Positions 59,346-64,000 of a DNA stretch of 64,000 bases are shown piece by piece. The DNA lies in the IMG/VR virus record IMGVR_UViG_3300018427_001843. One strand, given 5' to 3'. A program made the translations under genes and the position numbers. The stretch comes from an uncultured virus (IMG/VR IMGVR_UViG_3300018427_001843). Lineage: Duplodnaviria > Heunggongvirae > Uroviricota > Caudoviricetes. The notes below the pieces were generated by a model. The model was not told where the DNA came from, did no database searches, and was given only the letters and a program-made list of their open reading frames with translations. Numbering within the stretch: the first letter of the stretch is position 1; every line of letters begins with the position of its first letter.

Positions 59346-60593
59346 ATGAGAGAGATGAAGGATAGCGGTCATGCATGGATGGGAGATATTCCTGCTGACT
59401 GGGACACTAAAAGACTTCAATTCTGCTTAGAAGAGATAAAGGTTAAAAACAACCCGATACAGACAACGCAAGTCCTTTCACTAATGAAGGATGTAGGGGT
59501 TTTGCCATATGAAGAAAAAGGTGATGTTGGCAACAAATCCAAAGAAGATGTAAGTGAATATCATCTCGCATATCCTAATACGATCGTTCTTAATTGCATG
59601 AACATCCTTATCGGTTCGGTAGGAATATCGAAATATTTTGGGTGCGTAAGTCCTGTCTACTATGTTTTTAAAGAAACTGATGAATGTGATTTGCGATTTA
59701 TCAATTACATATTCAATACGAGAGCGTTTCAGAAAGAACTTCGTAAATATGCAAAGGGAATTCTTGAAATTAGATTAAGGGTTTCGGCAGATGATATTTT
59801 CAAAAGACGAATCCCTTTTCCTGATAAGCAAACGCAAATATTGATTGCAAACCACCTCGATGCTAAATGCGCCGAAATCGACGCGCTTACAACCGATATC
59901 CAGTCACAGATAGATACCCTTGAGCAGTATAAACGCTCAGTAATCACAGAAGCTGTGACAAAGGGCCTTAATCCTGATGCCGAAATAAAGGATAGCGAAA
60001 TCTTCTATATGGCACCATATAATACTTCGTGGCGATTATCGAAAATCGGTTATGAATGCACCAAGCTAAGTAGACCATTCAACTCGGAAGACACGCCTCT
60101 TCTTTGCACGAATAAGGGCAAGGTTTCAATCCGTCCAGAGGAAATGGCAGGGAAAATGGTAAGTGAAGATAATGCTATGCAAGGCATACAAAAGGGTGAC
60201 ATTGCCATTCACGGAATGGATACCTGGCATGGAGCAATTGCTCTTTCAGAACATAACGGAAAGATAACACGTGTCGTACATGTTTGTGACAGCCCAAATG
60301 ATAAGCGGTTCATTGTTTATTATTTACAACAGCTTGCATTTAATGGCGTATATAAATTAATTTCAAACGGCGTAAGAGGAAACACAAGTGATTTTCGTAG
60401 TTGGGATAAAGTCGCAGGCATATACATCGCATTACCCGATCGTGATGAACAAAAGAGGATAGCTGATTACCTCGATGCCATGAGTAAAGAGGTGGAAGAT
60501 ATTATTTTTGAAAAGAAGAACCAGCTTGAGGTTCTTGATGAATATAAGAAGTCACTGATATACGAGTACGTAACCGGTAAGAAGGAGTTATAA
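59346..60593 (+). CDS. hsdS: Type I R-M specificity subunit
   Basis: 'MKDSG..W.G.IP.DW', central 'VITEAVTKGL', terminal 'SLIYEYVTGK'; two TRDs. Confidence 0.92.
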   Translation: MREMKDSGHAWMGDIPADWDTKRLQFCLEEIKVKNNPIQTTQVLSLMKDVGVLPYEEKGDVGNKSKEDVSEYHLAYPNTIVLNCMNILIGSVGISKYFGCVSPVYYVFKETDECDLRFINYIFNTRAFQKELRKYAKGILEIRLRVSADDIFKRRIPFPDKQTQILIANHLDAKCAEIDALTTDIQSQIDTLEQYKRSVITEAVTKGLNPDAEIKDSEIFYMAPYNTSWRLSKIGYECTKLSRPFNSEDTPLLCTNKGKVSIRPEEMAGKMVSEDNAMQGIQKGDIAIHGMDTWHGAIALSEHNGKITRVVHVCDSPNDKRFIVYYLQQLAFNGVYKLISNGVRGNTSDFRSWDKVAGIYIALPDRDEQKRIADYLDAMSKEVEDIIFEKKNQLEVLDEYKKSLIYEYVTGKKEL

Positions 60594-63569
60594 ATGGTAT
60601 TCACAAATGAAGTATTATCCGAAAAGGACTATCAGAAGTTCATTCTCGATAGGCTCAAAGACAACGGATATGAGATATGGCCTGCAAAGGACCATTATGA
60701 CAGACTCTATGCCATAGATAGACCAGAACTGTTCAGATTTCTGAACTCCACGCAGCCAGACAAGATGGTTGCACTGAATAAGGTTTACAAGGCCGATACA
60801 GAGAATGTCATTGCGGCCGCTATCAATGCCGAGGAGACAAAGGCTCGCGGAAGCAGGCTCGAAGTTCTGAAGCACGGCATAGATATCTCGAATATCCATC
60901 TGGATCTGCTGTACACGAAACCTGCAGTTCCATTTAATAAAGAGCTCACCGCTCTGTATGAGAAGAATATCTTCTCTGCTTCCGAGGAAGTATGGGCATC
61001 CGATGACGAGAGAATAGACATCGTCATCTACCTCAACGGACTGGCGATCATGGCATTCGAGCTTAAGGCTAATACAGCCGGACAGAACTATCACGATGCC
61101 ATAGAGCAGTTCCGCACCAAGAGAAACCCCAAGACAAGACTCTTCAGGTTTAAGGCAGGAGCTTTAGTATGCTTCGCTATGGACCTTGAAGAAGTATACA
61201 TGACCACCAAGATTGACGAAGGAGCCACGAACTTCCTGCCTTTCAATATGGGCAACGGCGAGGGCATCAACGCAGGTGCCGGCAATCCTATATTCAAGGA
61301 TAAGTACAGTGTGTCATATATGTGGGAGAACATCCTTCAGAAAGACTCTATTCTTGAGATCATAACGAAGTTCATGTTCATCCAGGTCAAGGAAAAGGAT
61401 AACGCCAAGACAGGAAAGAAGAAGACAGAAGAAAACGTCATCTTCCCTCGTTATCATCAGCTTGATGTGCTTCGTAAGATCCTTGAAGATGTTGAATTTA
61501 ATAAGTCTTCGCAGAACTATCTTCTGCAGCACTCTGCTGGCTCCGGAAAGACGAACGAGATCGCATGGCTATCATACAGACTTGCTTCTCTTCATGATGC
61601 CGATAACAAGGTCATATTCGACAATATCGTTATCTGCACTGACAGGGTCGTTGTAGATAGACAGCTCCAGCAGGCTGTTCTCTCTCTGGATTACAAGTCA
61701 GGCTTCATCAGAGTCATGGACGACAAGTGCAATTCCAATGACCTTGCGAAGGCTCTCACCGGTAATACGAAGATCATCGTTACAACGATCCAGAAGTTCC
61801 CGTATATTGTTGGTAACGTCAAGAATATGCAGGACAAGCACTTCGCTGTCATCATAGATGAGGCGCACTCCTCTACAGCCGGTAAGAACATGGCCTCCGT
61901 TACGTATGTTCTCAGCGATAATAATGTCGAAATGCGTAACGCAGATATGGAAGATGTCATCGTGAATGAGATCGCCCGCAGCGGTAAGCAGGAAAACGTA
62001 TCGATGTTCGCATTCACTGCAACACCAAAGCCGACTACGCTTCAGCTTTTCGGCAAAACAAATGCTAAAGGACAGAAAGAAGCTTTCCACATCTACTCAA
62101 TGAAGCAGGCTATAGAAGAGGGCTTCATACTTGATGTGCTTCAGAACTACACGACATACGACACATTCTTTAGGCTAAATAAGGAAATTGAAGAAGACCC
62201 CGAGTATAAAACGAATGCAGCTAAGAAGGCTATTGCTCGCTTCGTAGAACTCCACGAAGTCAACATCGGACAGAGGATAGAGATTATCGTTGAGCATTTC
62301 AGGACTACTGTTATGAAAGAGCTTGGCGGGCAGGCCAAAGCTATGGTCATCACACCTTCGAGAGAAGCTGCTGTCAAGTACAGACAGGCATTCGAGGACT
62401 ATGTTAAGAGAAAAGGCTACTCTGACATACACGCACTTGTAGCATTCTCCGGCAAGGTCTCTATTGACGGCGTTGAATATACCGAACCGGGCATGAATGG
62501 CTTCTCCGAGAAGGCTCTGCCTGCAGAGTTCGACAAGGACGAATATCAGGTTCTTCTTGTAGCCGATAAGTATCAGACCGGCTTCGACCAGAAGAAGCTT
62601 TGCGCTATGTATGTACTCAAGTCACTTCACGGGGTATCGACAGTTCAGACTCTCTCAAGGCTGAACAGGATATGCCCGCCTTACGACAAGCACACATTCG
62701 TGCTCGACTTCGTGAACGACTATGACAGCATCATAAGAGATTTCTCGAAGTACTACACAACAACGCTGCTTTCGAACTCTGTATCGCCATCATCTGTTTA
62801 CGATATCGAGGCGAAACTTGACGGTTACTACGTCATCGATCCTTCAGACATCGATGACTTCAATGATATCCTGTATAGCGAAAACATCGACGCAAAAGCA
62901 AGGAAGAAGATGGAGTATATGCTCCAGAAGACGAAGAAGACCATAGAAGACTACAGAAGCCCGGAAGAAGCGAATGAGATAGTTCTTACGATCAGGCACT
63001 TCATCAGATGCTACGAGTTCCTTATCCAGGCAACCTGCTTCGAGGACAAAGAGCTCCACAAGAAGTACAACTTCGTCAGCTACCTTCAGTCATACCTGAA
63101 GCTCAACTCTTCTGGTGGAGGCTTTGACCTTAAAGGAAAGATCGAAGCATCGAACTTCACTCAGAAAAAAGAAGCAGAACACAAGAAAGCTAAGGTCAAT
63201 CCGAACCCAATCACCAAGCTTCCGACAGCTGAGCAAATCGTCCTTACGCCTCCTAAGAAAGAGCGCCTTTCAAGGATCATCGCAGAGATTAACAGCAGGA
63301 CTGGAAAGACTTACGATGACGATGTCGCAGTCAAAGCTATGCTTCAGATTAGAGATATCATGATGAAGTCGGACGAACTCAAGGCAAGTGCCAGAAACAA
63401 CACGGAGAAGGATTTCGAGTTCGCATATTTTGATAATATCGACGATGCGCTCATTGAAGGTCTCAACCAGAATCAGGATTTCTTCACTCTTTTGCTTCAG
63501 AATGAGGAGATCAAGAAGGAAGTACTAGGCATCTTTACTGAGGAAATATACAAGAGCTTAAGGGAGTAG
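60594..63569 (+). CDS. hsdR: Type I R-M restriction subunit
   Basis: 'DIVIYLNGL...ELK', 'HSAGSGKT', 'DEAH', 'TATP', 'QTLSRLNR'. Confidence 0.93.
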   Translation: MVFTNEVLSEKDYQKFILDRLKDNGYEIWPAKDHYDRLYAIDRPELFRFLNSTQPDKMVALNKVYKADTENVIAAAINAEETKARGSRLEVLKHGIDISNIHLDLLYTKPAVPFNKELTALYEKNIFSASEEVWASDDERIDIVIYLNGLAIMAFELKANTAGQNYHDAIEQFRTKRNPKTRLFRFKAGALVCFAMDLEEVYMTTKIDEGATNFLPFNMGNGEGINAGAGNPIFKDKYSVSYMWENILQKDSILEIITKFMFIQVKEKDNAKTGKKKTEENVIFPRYHQLDVLRKILEDVEFNKSSQNYLLQHSAGSGKTNEIAWLSYRLASLHDADNKVIFDNIVICTDRVVVDRQLQQAVLSLDYKSGFIRVMDDKCNSNDLAKALTGNTKIIVTTIQKFPYIVGNVKNMQDKHFAVIIDEAHSSTAGKNMASVTYVLSDNNVEMRNADMEDVIVNEIARSGKQENVSMFAFTATPKPTTLQLFGKTNAKGQKEAFHIYSMKQAIEEGFILDVLQNYTTYDTFFRLNKEIEEDPEYKTNAAKKAIARFVELHEVNIGQRIEIIVEHFRTTVMKELGGQAKAMVITPSREAAVKYRQAFEDYVKRKGYSDIHALVAFSGKVSIDGVEYTEPGMNGFSEKALPAEFDKDEYQVLLVADKYQTGFDQKKLCAMYVLKSLHGVSTVQTLSRLNRICPPYDKHTFVLDFVNDYDSIIRDFSKYYTTTLLSNSVSPSSVYDIEAKLDGYYVIDPSDIDDFNDILYSENIDAKARKKMEYMLQKTKKTIEDYRSPEEANEIVLTIRHFIRCYEFLIQATCFEDKELHKKYNFVSYLQSYLKLNSSGGGFDLKGKIEASNFTQKKEAEHKKAKVNPNPITKLPTAEQIVLTPPKKERLSRIIAEINSRTGKTYDDDVAVKAMLQIRDIMMKSDELKASARNNTEKDFEFAYFDNIDDALIEGLNQNQDFFTLLLQNEEIKKEVLGIFTEEIYKSLRE

Positions 63570-63579
63570 GAGGTGTAAC

Positions 63580-63744
63580 ATGCCAAGACCAAAGAAAGAT
63601 AGTGTGAAGGTTAGCTACACCTTAGAGCGGGAAGTTGTTGATCTTCTCGACACCTTCTGTGAGAAAACTGGAAGAACTAAGACTAAAGTCGTTGAGATGG
63701 CAATAAAAGCATTTATCAAAGAACATCAAGAAAAGGATGGATAA
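63580..63744 (+). CDS. Small ribbon-helix-helix protein (54 aa, absent from the ORF track)
   Basis: AGGAGG RBS; MPRPKKDSVKVSYTLEREVVDLLDTFCEKTGRTKTKVVEMAIKAFI... Confidence 0.7.
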   Translation: MPRPKKDSVKVSYTLEREVVDLLDTFCEKTGRTKTKVVEMAIKAFIKEHQEKDG

Positions 63745-64000
63745 ACAGACGCGTCAGAAGAAGTGAGAAGACTGGATGAAATCTATGATGCTCAGGGAAA
63801 CCACTTAAATAAAGTAATGTGAGATACTGGAAAGAGCAAATATAAGAACCATTCTGAATCCATTAAGAGAAATTCGGATTAAGGTACAGATTCTTGAGCG
63901 AGTATATAGCCATCCTTGCCATCGAGTGAGGGTGGCTCTTCTTGTGCTTTTTCCCTTCCGTCGGCGGACAGCATCTTCCTCTGAGCCTACTCTTTTATTT

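Noticed and set aside
59346..60593. Phase-variable (invertible) hsdS locus
   Set aside because: Single hsdS with no recombinase, silent TRDs or simple-sequence tract seen
715..63363. Numerous antisense or overlapping ORFs in the track (e.g. 2313..3050 -, 6685..7671 -, 46860..47624 +, 17287..17571 +)
   Set aside because: Shadows of real genes or of the omega-RNA; no RBS or recognisable motifs

Overview
Probably from a Bacillota (Clostridia-like) host, and possibly part of a large mobile or extrachromosomal element (inference). Bases 1-46.6 kb are an uninterrupted plus-strand surface-structure cluster. It holds two FCT-type pilus modules (pilin + catalytically dead SipA/LepA + class B sortase with an extra C-terminal membrane domain), four giant surface proteins (about 2085, 3792, 1650 and 2813 aa), and Ltp-like, transglutaminase-like, TM2, XRE and ArpU/RinA-like genes. 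A non-autonomous IS200/IS605 element carrying an apparently intact IscB and its omega-RNA is inserted at about 17.2-19.0 kb. Bases 46.6-57 kb contain a minus-strand operon led by a double-HTH regulator, a degenerate ComEC-like protein, HU and many small hypothetical genes. Bases 57.2-63.7 kb hold a complete type I R-M system plus a small RHH gene. The most novel signal is non-coding. The spacers of the pilus cluster carry three ~40-nt tRNA-mimic minihelices (acceptor stem + T-arm + GG linker, no anticodon), each directly behind a terminator-like hairpin, and five covarying H-type pseudoknots. Together these suggest an RNA-encoded system for processing and stabilising a very long adhesin transcript. 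All assignments come from reading motifs by eye; no database searches were run.
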